The position numbers were made by a program, and so were the translations under genes. A DNA stretch of 63,723 bases, the filler included, from Octopus bimaculoides (taxonomy: Eukaryota): assembly GCF_001194135.2 (NCBI RefSeq). It is 5 parts of 5 records of this genome, joined end to end, with 100 filler letters (N's around TTAATTAATTAA, not from the genome) between each part and the next. Parts side by side here need not be neighbours in the genome. Positions count along the whole stretch, not along the records: positions 27,360 to 56,154 come from NC_068981.1; positions 56,255 to 60,255 come from NC_068996.1; positions 60,356 to 61,932 come from NC_068999.1; 2 more parts are not named here. One strand, written 5' to 3'. The notes beneath the pieces are model-generated. The model had not been told where the DNA came from. It worked only from the letters and a program-made list of their open reading frames with translations, and did not search any database. Positions 48,924 to 61,746 of the stretch are shown piece by piece. Each line of letters begins with the position of its first letter. Position 1 is the stretch's first letter.

Positions 48924-49329
48924 CTAGTACTTATTCTATCGGTTCCTTTTGCCGAACCGCTTAGTTACGGGGACGTAAACACACCAACATCAGTTGTCAA
49001 GCGATGGTGGGGAGTATATATGAAAATAAAAAGAATGAAAAGCACATCATGTCAAATTGACAAAGAAAAGAAAGAAAGTTGAATCCCCTCTCCCTAAATT
49101 TCACGCCTTGTACCTATAGCAGAAAGAATTATTATTATTAGATCGCTCTGCCTCCTTTTAAATGGGAAGGACAGGCGGTTTTTATATGCCTGGTGGCATA
49201 TGGTGGTTGTCTTGGGTGTGCTGTGACACCCAATGCCACCAAATTTCAAGCAGGGGTATAACTAAAGTTTTCCATTTAGATTTATTATTAAATTAATGAG
49301 TAAGAGTCATACTTATAATGAATTTGCCA

Positions 49330-49585
49330 TTTTTGATGGGTGTGCAGTGCACACCTACCATACCCAGAATATACGACCTTGTATGGTGGACGAGACTGAA
49401 AGGGTTGAAGATAAACACTTTTCTCTTTGACCAATTCCTCATCAAACTCTTCAAGATTCACTTGAAGAGGAAAATAAGGGTGGAGAGGGCAGGGTTGCCT
49501 TCAAGCCATTTTGTTGAAAGGTGGACCAGAGTGGCAAGAATGGTGCGAGTGAACAGATCTGCCCTGAGCGTGGGCCTGTAATCAG
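49330..49585 (+). mobile_element. L1/Tx1-like ORF2 C-terminal fragment
   Basis: VWWTRLKGLKINTFL...FKIHLKRKIRVER...RWTRVARM; clade call from recollection of the motif, unverified. Confidence 0.55.
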
Positions 49586-52074
49586 AGATGAGGAACTGAA
49601 AAAAAGGCACCTGCCTTAGAAGTCAGGAAACGTTTTTTTTTTCCTATGTTAAACCTGTTTACACACAAAACCCTCATAACAACACTCGCTCATATATATA
49701 CACACATACACACACTCATATATATACACACATATACACACATTCTTTTGCCATCCATAATGTTTTTCTTGATGTAAAGCCTTTGTTGTCATTAAAGGAA
49801 TCATCATCATCATTATTATTGAGATTGGAATGGTATAATGAATTGGACAATGCACGTCATTGAATGATGTTTTTCTTTATTAGCTCTCTGCAGGTTTGCT
49901 TTGTCTTATGTTGCAGTTATTTATCATATACAGCTCTGCTAAGTCTATAAATGAATTATATATTTATATATGAACACATAACCCCCAGATCCTCATTTTA
50001 TTCGAGATTTTCATGTGGTTACCTTGCCAACGAATTTCCCTTGGCCATTGAGATTGTTTCCATTAAAAGACAAAAGTTTAGTTTTCAAAACAAAGATACT
50101 ACTATTGTATTGTTACATATTGTATTTGGTACGCACTAGTATAGTTAGTGTTTTAACTAATTATCTTTTAAAATGTAGATGTTTGTGTTGTGATATTTAT
50201 GTAAATTCAAAAGAATGAATTTAAATTGAATCAAATATCTCCTGCTGTCAAGCCAACTTTTCTAACTAAACTACTAAAATTAATATTAACTGACTGATAT
50301 ACATAAAATGCACATGACTTGAGAATATCTTCTTGATCAAATTAGTTAATTCAAGTGTGATTATTCAAAAGACAGTCAAACAATTGCGATCAAATTTATA
50401 CATAGCTACACAACTGCTTTTGTAGGTTTCACATTGAAACAATCCTCACATCAAGATTAGGTATCTACATACAATAGTTTATGTCATATGGGAACTTGAG
50501 GGTACATTCTGGCACCTCATCAGTACCATCTTTATCGTCCAGCTACTCTCACCCACCATCATATAATTCAGGGTAGCCATGTATCGCCTCTCTAGTGAGA
50601 CACCTGTGTTTGTCCTTCTATCATATTTTAACCTCCAACACCTAAAATAAAGCCACATCCCCTCTCTTATATACACTCCTACTTAGGTGAGGGGCTTTTT
50701 TCCTTCCTTTTCTTTTCTTTATCTTACAACTTACTTGGTGTCACAATAAAAAAAAAAACACCCAGTACACATTGTAAAGTGGCTTTTTTATTTTTTATTT
50801 TCAGAGTCACTTCTCATTTGTATAACAAACTGAAATGGATTTACATGTTCCTGTTGTGTTTATATAGGTTTGTATTTGAATGTATGTGTGTACACTCACT
50901 CATGTATGTAAAACTAATCTATGTATATCTTTGGGCAGTATTCTTTATGATGACAGCTAGGCCAGGTGGTGTTAAATTAGATGGCAGCTTAAATCTACCA
51001 CCCAAGCTGATAAACTTAATATGGCTAGGTTATGTCATTTCCGTCTTAGTATTCAATATCCCCAGATGGCTCCATACTTGTTCATGACCCAAGCATTTCA
51101 CTTTCAATGGCTTTATCCACCTAGCTGTATGTAAGTACCATGAAATCAGTACAGTTCATAGCTGAAAGTATGGAAACACTGTATATTAACAAGTGCTTTT
51201 GTCAGCTTTCAAGTGCTCAGTTCAAATCATAGTATGGTCTATGAGTAACTCAGGTAAATCTGTACTGAATGATTCTATACCAAAACATCCTCAAAATTTG
51301 TAACATCATCAAGACTTTAGTCTTCCATATGAAATCTTTAATAACTTAAACCAGTGAAAGACAATACAAAATAGCATTTACTTTTGATCTTTCAAACTAC
51401 TGCTTTTCATTTATTTGTGTAAAGACAGTATCTCTGTAGTAACTGTTTCAAACTTTGGCGCAAGGCCAGCTATTTTGAGGGGAGGCTGGCAAATTAATTA
51501 TATCGACCCCAGTAATTGATTGGTAGTTATGTTGATCATGAAAGGATGAAAGGCAAAGTCAACCTTGCTGAAATTTGAACTCAGAACATAATGAGCTGGA
51601 AGAAATGCTGCTAAGCATTTTTTCTGATGTGTAGATGATTCTGCCAGCTCACCGCTTCAAGTATCTCTGTAATAATGGCATTAGTCCAAAGATTTGCTAT
51701 TATGGTAACATTAACAAAATGCCTCTTCCACTGCTTGTATTGAACTGTTTCAACTTGATGAAGTTTGCATTGGTAAACTATTGGCATTAAGTTTGTTACA
51801 CTATTATCAATTAAATTAATGGTTTTGAAAAGTAAAAAAATATGTCTATAGCAAATTCAACCAGGATATTCAGTTAGAACGTGAGCAGTAAATGGCAATG
51901 TCACTTCAAATTCACTTCCCATTCGAGAATCATGTCATACATAATTGTTGTAGATGTAATAGAGAACAACGATTACATATAGACATGTACATACATGTGT
52001 GTGTGTACGTATGTACTTGTTTCAGTCATTAGACTGTGTTCAAGGATTTAGTTGAACAATTCAACCTCTGTTTC

Positions 52075-52283
52075 AGTAAACTATGATACACATTGTGCCT
52101 TTCTTGACGAGTAGCCATTTTTTTAGGGTTTCATTTAACAGAACCTTTTCCATCAACACAAATGCAATGTGGTTAAAAACATTGATAACCACTGAGTACA
52201 TAGAACAAATCTGATAAACATATCCCATCAATTGCTTTTGTAATGAATTTTTGAAGTTGCAAAGAGACTTTATAGACACCCTG
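52075..52283 (-). mobile_element. Tc1/mariner-superfamily terminus
   Basis: Reverse complement begins TA|CAGGGTGTCTATAAAGTC. Confidence 0.5.
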
Positions 52284-53529
52284 TATAAATGCATATATGT
52301 CTCTATTATTAATATCTTATTGGATAAGGGAACAACAAACATGTATAAACACATGCACACATGTATATTTGTGTGTTTGTGTGTGCATATGTATGTATTA
52401 TGCCAGTATATATGTGTGTGTATGTACACACCTCCACACACATATGCATTCAAACACATGTTATTTTTAATTTGATTTACATTTTAAAGCAGGAGATTGA
52501 GAACAATGAAAATTCTTAATATAAAGTTAATTGTTTTATATGTCATCACTGTAATTTAATAGAAACCAGTCTTATTAATTACATGTTGGTTGATAGGTGG
52601 GTGTGTTTTCCAGCTATGCTGATGAATATTTTTTTTTGACCCTTAAATTCTCTTAATCCTTCTTATCCTTTCTGTATACTACAGAAACTGAAGGGCAACA
52701 TTGGTTAGAAGTCTGTTTGTGTGTGTGTGTGGAGTTCTCTATGTATACTTTTATAGACAATAGATGCAGGCATGGTTATGTGCTTAAAATGTTCGCACTG
52801 GAATCACAAGGTTTTAGAGGTCATTTCCATTTTGAATAATCAGCTGGTGTCTTCTACTATAACATTGAGTTGACGAATGCTTTGTGAGTGAAATTTGGTT
52901 GACAGAAATTGTAAGAAGCTTATTCATCATCATCATCATTTAACGTCCGCTTTCCATATGTATATTTGTGTGTGAGTGTGTGTGTGTTTCTTGTCTTGAT
53001 ATCATACACTAATTATAGTCAAAAGTCAGTCATAAAATGGTGTCATTTGTTTACAAACATCATCATCATCATTATCGTTTAAGATCTGTTTTCCATGCTG
53101 GCATGGGTTGGACTGGGGACTGGTAAGCCAGGAGTTTCACCAGACTCCAATCTGATCTGGCAAGGTTTCTACAGCTGGATGCCCTTCCTAATGCCAACCA
53201 TGCTGAGAGTGTAGTGGGTGTTTTTTATGTACCACCGGCACAGGAGCCAGACAGGTGGCACTGGCATCGGCCACATTTGGATGGTGCTTTTTACATGCTA
53301 CCAGCACGGGGAGCCAGTCTGGTGGAACTGGCATCGACCCATGCATGAATGGTACTTATTGCATGCCAGCAGCATGGGAGCCAGTCAGGCACAACTACAA
53401 TTTCCATTTTGATTTTGATTTTACTTGACTCAATGGGTCTCCTCAAGCATGGTGTGTCACCCGATGATTCAAAGGTACTTTTTAAATGGGCTGGTTATGC
53501 GACACTGGTATAAGCTATGGTTGTGATCT

Positions 53530-54200
53530 CACTTTACTTGCCCGGTCTTCTCAATCACAGCATATCTCCAGAAGTCTTGGTCTTTTGTCATTGCCTCTGT
53601 GAGGCCCAACGTTTGAAGGTTGTGCTTCACCACCTCATCCCATGTCTTCCTGGGTCTTCCTCTTCCATGGGTTCCTTCCACTTTTAGGGAGTGACATTTC
53701 TTCACACAGCTCTTCTCATCCATACACAACACAATAACCCAGGCTAGTCTTATTCTAGTGGCAACGCTCTCAGAGCATCCACCCCACTACAGACTTAGGT
53801 AGCGGAAGCTATCAACTACTTCTAGTTTCTCCCCCTGGCATGTGATGGTTTCTGAAATGAAGAGGGAACCAATTCCATGGTCCCCGTGAACACCATGGAA
53901 GATACCAGATTGCCGTCCAACATGCCCATTAAAATCTCCAGCCACAAAGATGTGGTCATTGCCACTTGTCTTTGAGGTAGCCTGTAGAAGGATATCGTAA
54001 AAGTAGTCCTTCTGATCGTTTGGTAGGCCCACTTGTGGGGTGTAGGCAGAGATAATTGTAGATATACTATTCTGCAAGACTAGCCTGAGCTTAAGCATTC
54101 TATTGCACACCCTGACTACCTTTATGACCTTATCCACCCATTTCTCTGCAAGGAGTATGCCTACATCCCCTACTCCATCACTGTTACCTTCCCAGAAGAA
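53530..54200 (-). mobile_element. Internally deleted RTE (BovB-like) LINE
   Basis: APE segment IISAYTPQVG...VAGDFNGHVG runs in frame into GEKLEVVDSFRYL, then the 3' end EGTHGRGRPRKTWDEVV...FWRYAV. Confidence 0.85.
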
Positions 54201-54549
54201 CCTCTACAAAAAAAATTAAAAAATAGGAAGTATCCTGCCATCCATCAAACTGTTTGTTGTTTGAAGGACAAGGAGGAAATGTTATATTATCTCACTTGGA
54301 AACAGGCAAGAGTTTGTGAGCCAGCCATAGAAATAACTGCCTCTACAAGTTTTGTTTGATGACCCATACAAGCATGGAGAAGTAGACATTAAAATGATGA
54401 AGCAATGATGATGATAGAGTCGTACCCCCCCCCCCCCCNNNNNNNNNNNNNNNNNNNNNNNNNNNNCGCCAAGTATATATATGTGTATGTGTGTGTATAT
54501 ATGAATGTATGCTTTACTGAATGTGCAATGTCAATGTGCATGTTCGACA

Positions 54550-54830
54550 GAGTGTAAGCATCTTGAGAGAAAAGTTAAGCATAAGAGGAATCAAAGGTGG
54601 TGTGCAAGAGAGGCAACTGCACTAGTATGGTCATGTGATGTGTATGGATGAGGACAGCTGTGTAAAGATGTACCGATCTCTAAATGTGGAGGGAACCTGT
54701 GGTAGAGGTAGACCCAGGAAGACATAGGATGAGGTGGTGAAGCATGATCTTTGAACTTTGAGCCTCACAGATGCAATAACTAGTGACCGAGACCTTTGGC
54801 AGTGTAATGTACTTGAGAGGACCTGTCAAG
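54550..54830 (+). mobile_element. RTE LINE 3' end (same family, opposite strand)
   Basis: YGHVMCMDEDSCVK...EGTCGRGRPRKT*DEVVKHDL. Confidence 0.85.
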
Positions 54831-54875
54831 CCGAGTGCACCCATGCTGGTAGCATGTAAAGAACATCTTTTGGAC

Positions 54876-55025
54876 GTTGGGCATCACAGAGGCAAAGTGG
54901 TTGAATCCTTTTGAGTGTTGGGCTTCATGGAGGTAAAGTGGATGAGTTTCTTTTGAAGGTTGGGCCTCAAAGAGACAAAGTGGCTGAATTCCTTTTGAGT
55001 GTTGGGGTTCACAGAGGCAATGACC
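54876..55025. repeat. 41-42-bp tandem repeat (~3.5 copies) inside an RTE-tailed SINE-like element
   Basis: gttggg...agaggcaaagtgg..gaa..cttttga units start at 54876, 54917, 54959 and 55001. Confidence 0.8.
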
Positions 55026-55416
55026 AAGATCTTTGGCATTATGTTGTGCTTGAGAAGAAGACCCATCAAGCCAAGCAAGATCACATTCGTGGCAGATACT
55101 GGTGTCATGCAAACTGGCGCCTGGGCTGGTAGCATGTAAATGCACTCTAGTGTCACTTAAATGGCACCTGTGCCAGTGGCATGTAAAAGCTCCCATTACA
55201 CTCTCAGAGTGGTTGGTGTTAGGAAGGGCATCCAGCCGTAGAAAACCATGCCAAATCAAACTGGAATCTGGTGGAGCCTTCCAGTGCGCCACCCCAATCA
55301 AACCATCCAACCCATACCAGCATGGACAATGGACGTTAAATGCTGGTGATGTATGTAAATGAAGACATGAATGGTTTGTATTGCCTAGTACAAATCCAAC
55401 TTAATTCGGTTAAGCT

Positions 55417-55450
<34 letters not shown>

Positions 55451-56116
55451 CACTTTCATGACTTGTTCTTTCAGTTTAATGCCTCCGTGGTAACTTCTTT
55501 CAAAAGCACTTCCTTTGTCATTGTGTTCATAATAATGCTACTATACAAGTCACCACTGAGGTCAACATATTCCTGATTAATTATACAAGTAACCTGTGCA
55601 TGTCCTACTTTGTCTTATATTTTTAGCAGCTTGACTACCTTGATAAGCTTGCTCCTTTCCTTACCTTGACATTCTTAATATCTCTTTCTACTATATAACA
55701 GTCAATCTCAATAGTTGGTACCTCTATTAAGTCCATTTAAATTAATTCCTCTTTACCCACAAATTCTCCTCAACCAGCATCTGCTCATAGTATTGTTTAC
55801 ATGTAACTTGTCAGCATCTGTGAGGGTGAGTGTGCTGCTATCATTTCATATGTATTATTCAACAGAACTGTTCTAATATATTTTGACACATTATACATGT
55901 CACTCATATGATTATATATTTTTTATCTTCTACTTGTTTCAGCCATTAGACTGTACTCAAGGCTTTAGTTGAACAATTCAATCCCAGTACATTTAAAAAA
56001 AAAATGTATGGTACTTATTCTATTGGTCTCTTTTTGCTGAGCCACTAAGTTATGGGGACATAAACAAAACAACACCAGTTGACAAATGGTTCGGGAGACA
56101 CATACACAAACGCACA

Positions 56117-56154
<38 letters not shown>

Positions 56155-56941
56155 NNNNNNNNNNNNNNNNNNNNNNNNNNNNNNNNNNNNNNNNNNNNTT
56201 AATTAATTAANNNNNNNNNNNNNNNNNNNNNNNNNNNNNNNNNNNNNNNNNNNNCATAAGATGCACCATTTTGAGCGTGACCGTTGCCAGTACTGCCTGA
56301 CTGGCCTTCGTAGGATTTTCGAGTGAGATTGTTGCCAGTGCCCCTGGACTGGCTCTTGTGCGGGTGGCACATAAAAGACACCATTTTGAGCGTGGCCGTT
56401 GCCAGTACCGCCTGACTAGCCTTCGTGCGGGTGACATGTAAAAGCACCCACTACACTCTCTGAGTGGTTGGCGTTAGGAAGGGCATCCAGATGTAGAAAC
56501 TCTGCCAAATTAGATTGGAGCCTGGTATTGCCATCCGGTTTTACCAGTCCTCAGTCAAATCGTCCAACTCATGCTAGCATGGAAAGCGGACGTTAAATGA
56601 TGATGATAATGATGATGATATATACACACACACAGTCTACCAAAATTCCCCTCTCAAGGCATTGGTCAGACTAGAGTTATAATAGAAGATACTTGACTGA
56701 GGTGCCATGCAGTGGTACTGAACCCAAAACCATATGGTTGTAAAGCAGGCTTTAGATGTAGTTGTAGATGTCCAACTGTCTAAGATTAGTTGAGGTTATC
56801 AAGATTTATCATTCATTTCTTTTCTGGACAAATTATCTCATCTTTACAGTATAGTTTTCTATATCTCAGTTACATTACTGTACCATATTTTGAATAGGTC
56901 TCTCTCTCTTTCTCCTACTCTCTCTCTCTCTCTCTCTCTGA

Positions 56942-56973
<32 letters not shown>

Positions 56974-57014
56974 CACTTGTTCTTAATACTGATACAATTT
57001 TCTCTTTTCATTTT

Positions 57015-57050
<36 letters not shown>

Positions 57051-57399
57051 TACCTCTCATCCCTTGCTGTTGAAGAGCATAGGCTTGAAATGTCAAAGAC
57101 TTTTCCATTCTTCCTGAGTGTCAAACTAATAAAACTTCTTGTTCCTTCACNNNNNNNNNNTATATATATATATATATATATTTGTACATTGGTAAAATAA
57201 ATATCAGAGATGCTTTGCTCTATGCAAAAACTACTGGAGCTACTCAGAGGCTTTGCAAGCTCTTCTAAATCTATTGCCCGGCTGGAAACCTTTTTTTTAA
57301 TCCTCAACTGGTTATCTTAAGGTCACAAGTGTTTTGCCCCTTAGCCTGTACACTTTTCCTGAGAGGGACAGTGAGTGCTGAGATATAGTCTTCACCTAT

Positions 57400-57540
57400 A
57401 GAAGTGTTCCACTTGTGGTCTCTTATCAACCACAGCCATCTTGAGCTAGTTTTGGCTGCTGTACCTATTTTCTTGATGGCTTTCTTTTTCTTCAGTTGTC
57501 TGGGTTCCAGACCTATCCTTTGCAAGAAATAACACACTGA
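57400..57540 (-). mobile_element. HERO/NeSL-like REL LINE C-terminus
   Basis: RIGLEPRQLKKKKAIKKIGTAAKTSSRWLWLIRDHKW resembles the AAExASRWLWLxR end motif. Confidence 0.55.
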
Positions 57541-58131
57541 CCTAAATGGAAAGTCACAGCAGCTGATTTCAGTGGGAAATAAGGCTGCTTACCAGCCCTT
57601 GACATATATGTATATATAATCCCACATTTTCCTCACTTTACAATCAGTGTTGGTTTATTTATGTCCCTGTAATTTTGCATATTAGCAAAAGAGGCAAAGT
57701 GTACTGGGTGCCTTTAAAGTGTCACTAGCAAGTGTGCCTCTAACATGCCGTTAGCACAGATGCCGTTTACATGTCACTGGCAAGGGTGCCTTTTACATAT
57801 CACCAACACTGGTACTTTTATATGTCATCCACACTGGCAACAACAGGAAAAAAGAACACATGACCTAGTTAATGATGTCAACAGATACCCAACCACCAGC
57901 CTGACCATGACTGCACCTTCATAATAACAGTTGATTCTGTTATTCATTTCATATTTTACTTTACAGCTTCAAACAGAATGATGAGGTCCAGAAGTTTGCT
58001 TTGCCACCATGTGATTTTTAAGGTTTGGCCTCAACTGTGTTACATTTGAAGCGAGTTGCTTTTTCTAAAGTTTTCAGTTTACCAATGACATATGTGTGAA
58101 ATTTTATTGATGAAATGATTGGAGAGAGAGA

Positions 58132-58169
<38 letters not shown>

Positions 58170-58533
58170 CAGAGAGAGAGAGAGAGAGACAGAGAGACAG
58201 AGACAGAGAGAGAGAGAGAGAGAGACAGAGAGAGACAGAGAGACAGACAGAGACAGACAGACAGAGACAGAGACAGAGGCAGAGAGATAAACAGGTAAAT
58301 AGATGGATGGATGGATGGATGGATGGATGGATGGATGGACAGACGGACGGACAGACGGACGGACAGACAGACAGATAGACAGACAGATAGATAGATAAAT
58401 AAATAGATAAATAGTACACTGAAACGCCTATATCTAAAGAGGCAATCTGCAATGGAGCTGAATCCAGGAAGATATATGAACTCAATAAGAATTATTACAC
58501 ACACATGCGTGTGCACACACACACACACACACA

Positions 58534-58612
<79 letters not shown>

Positions 58613-59717
58613 GCACACTCACATGCTCACAAGTATATAAAACAATAAAACAGATATGATGTAATCTGTGAAGGTAATCCAAAGTAATCCGCAATGGTTA
58701 TCAGGAAAGTCCCAGCTGATAATCCACAAAGCAATTTCGTATTAACACAAGCAGGTCTGTCTGCATCAATACGGAAAATAGTTATATTCCGATGCATAAT
58801 GAAAACAATTGGATCATGAATCACACCATAAAATGCTTCGTTAGTTTGATAATCAATGACTCGATGAGTGAAGGAAAGAAATATTTGATGTTTCAAATTT
58901 ATTTTTCCTTCTCCAGAAACAAAGAATAAAAACTGGAGGGAAATGGAGAAAACAAAAAAATAAAAAAATAAAAAAATAAAAAAACAAAACAAAAATGTTT
59001 AGTTACTCTGGTAGCATATTTCAGTCATTTTTATTTCTTTCTCTTTCTCTCTGTCTGTCCGTCTCTCTTTCTCCCTTTAGTTTCTCCCTTTAGTTTCTCC
59101 CTTTAGTTTCTNNNNNNNNNNNNNNNNNNNNNNNNNNNNNNNNNNNNNNNNNNNNNNNNNNNNNNNNNNNNNNNNNNNNNNNNNNNNNNNNNNNNNNNNN
59201 NNNNNNNNNNNNNNNNNNNNNNNNNNNNNNNNNNNNNNNNNNNNNNNNNNNNNNNNNNNNNNNNNNNNNNNNNNNNNNNNNNNNNNNNNNNNNNNNNNNN
59301 NNNNNNNNNNNNNNNNNNNNNNNNNNNNNNNNNNNNNNNNNNNNNNNNNNNNNNNNNNNNNNNNNNNNNNNNNNNNNNNNNNNNNNNNNNNNNNNNNNNN
59401 NNNNNNNNNNNNNNNNNNNNNNNNNNNNNNNNNNNNNNNNNNNNNNNNNNNNNNNNNNNNNNNNNNNNNNNNNNNNNNNNNNNNNNNNNNNNNNNNNNNN
59501 NNNNNNNNNNNNNNNNNNNNNNNNNNNNNNNNNNNNNNNNNNNNNNNNNNNNNNNNNNNNNNNNNNNNNNNNNNNNNNNNNNNNNNNNNNNNNNNNNNNN
59601 NNNNNNNNNNNNNNNNNNNNNNNNNNNNNNNNNNNNNNNNNNNNNNNNNNNNNNNNNNNNNNNNGTGCTCCGGATGGCCGCAGTCAAATGACTCAAACAA
59701 GTAAAAGAGTAAAAGAT

Positions 59718-59771
<54 letters not shown>

Positions 59772-59939
59772 ATAGTTATCGCCAAGCCAACATGGCAGTC
59801 CAAAAAAATAGGACGAATGCTGCCGTTGATTAGCTCCAAGAGACCATTGTCTCTAGCTAGCTATGTGACACACGAACCTGTGTCCATTATAACCTTTGAA
59901 CACAGGAGGTCAGCCGCTTCCCCTTGCTGGTCTGGCATT

Positions 59940-59978
59940 TACAGACTAGTTTCAGGGTGTTTGCCTCTTATCAATGCA
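59940..59978 (-). ncRNA. Minimal type I hammerhead-like motif, U3-A8 core (second family)
   Basis: UGCA-UUGAUAA-GAGG CAAACA CCCU-GAA-ACUAGU-C-UGUA; palindromic stem III, GUC site (59944/59943), weakened stem II. Confidence 0.62.
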
Positions 59979-60121
59979 GAGCAGCTGAACCCAGCAGTCA
60001 TATATATATGACTCATTTTTTAGGTCTAGTACTTGTTCTATCAATTTATTTTGCCGAACCGCTAAGTTATGGGAATGTAAACACAGACGTAAAGTCACAC
60101 ACATGCATGCACACACACACA

Positions 60122-60165
<44 letters not shown>

Positions 60166-60218
60166 AACACACACACAGAGGTTTGGCGATGCAAAAAGGA
60201 AAAATATAACACAAAATA

Positions 60219-60255
<37 letters not shown>

Positions 60256-60812
60256 NNNNNNNNNNNNNNNNNNNNNNNNNNNNNNNNNNNNNNNNNNNNT
60301 TAATTAATTAANNNNNNNNNNNNNNNNNNNNNNNNNNNNNNNNNNNNNNNNNNNNTGCTAGTGGTGATAATGGTGATGGTGGTGGTGGTGGTGGTGTTGG
60401 TGGTGGTGGTGGTAATGGTGTTAGTGGTGGTAGTGCTAGTGGTGATAATGGTGATGGTGGTGGTGGTGGTGGTGATACTAGTGCGGATGGTCGTTGCAGT
60501 TGTCGTCGCCGTGGCGGTGGCCGCGGTGGTTGATGGAAAATGTTTGGCAATACAAAAGGCGGTCTGTAATTAACTTGTTTCTTTGTGTAGGATTGCCACC
60601 CACCACTCATTAGACAGTTCTCTGTGTATGTGTGTACGTGTGTGTGTGCGTGTGTGTGTGTGTGTGTGTATGTGCGNNNNNNNNNNNNNNNNNNNNNNNN
60701 NNNNNNNNNNNNNNNNNNNNNNNNNNNNNNNNGTGTGTGTGTGTGTGTATACACACACTCATGCAGTTATATAGTATGTATGTATGTATGTATAGATAGA
60801 TAGATAGATAGG

Positions 60813-60874
<62 letters not shown>

Positions 60875-61529
60875 TACTGTACATTGAGAGATGTTCTACA
60901 TCGGCTGCTTTGATTAAACAATATAGAGCCAGACTGATCAAAAGATAGGTATATGACGGACTTTCTCGTCGAAGACGGCGTTTGTGTTCAAGAAGACAGA
61001 AAAAAATTTAAATAATTTTAATTTTTAATTTATAAAATCCAATCAAATTGACAATCAACGACCCACATCATTATTATTACTATTCACCAATGTTTACAAT
61101 CCTTTCACTTCACCTGGTCACTCCTCACGTGAATCCTCAGACCAGCAAAAGCAATATGGACATGAATTATTAAACCAGCACGTGATCTGGCTAAGAAATC
61201 CCAAAATGGATAATGGAGGTTCTTGGGAAGACTGCTGTTCGGTTGCATTCTTTCCCTATTTTCTCGTAACTGCTCTTCATGAAGTACCTTTTGCGTTTCG
61301 AAATTTTGAAGTTGGAAAAAGCATTCTCTCTCCTCCAGTCTTCGCTGTTTCTTCTAAGATTCTTAAAGTTTTCTTTCCTAATAAACAGGCGTTTCAAATC
61401 ATCTTTTCGTTTGTCCTTACACCGTGTGTATTCATATATATATGCATGTGTGAACAAACGTACGGTATGTATATATATGTATGACATGTTTGCATAAATG
61501 TATGTGTGCATGTATACATATATGTATGT

Positions 61530-61746
61530 TATTTCTTTACTACCCACAAGGGGTTACACACAGAGGGGACAAACAAGGACAGACAAACGGATTAAGTCGA
61601 TTATACTGACCCCAGTGCGTAACTGGTACTTATTTAATCGACCCCGAAAGGATGAAAGGCAAAGTCGACCTCGGCGGAATTTGAACTCAGAACGTAAAGA
61701 CAAGCATTTCACCCGGCGTGCTAACGCTTCTGCCAGCTCGCCGCCT
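61530..61746 (-). mobile_element. tRNA-derived SINE with Meta-like domain
   Basis: ggcggcgagctggcagaa...gagttcaaattccgccgaggtcgactttgcctttcatcctttcggggtcg; other copies at ~36790-36905, 44240-44450 and 51455-51660. Confidence 0.8.
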
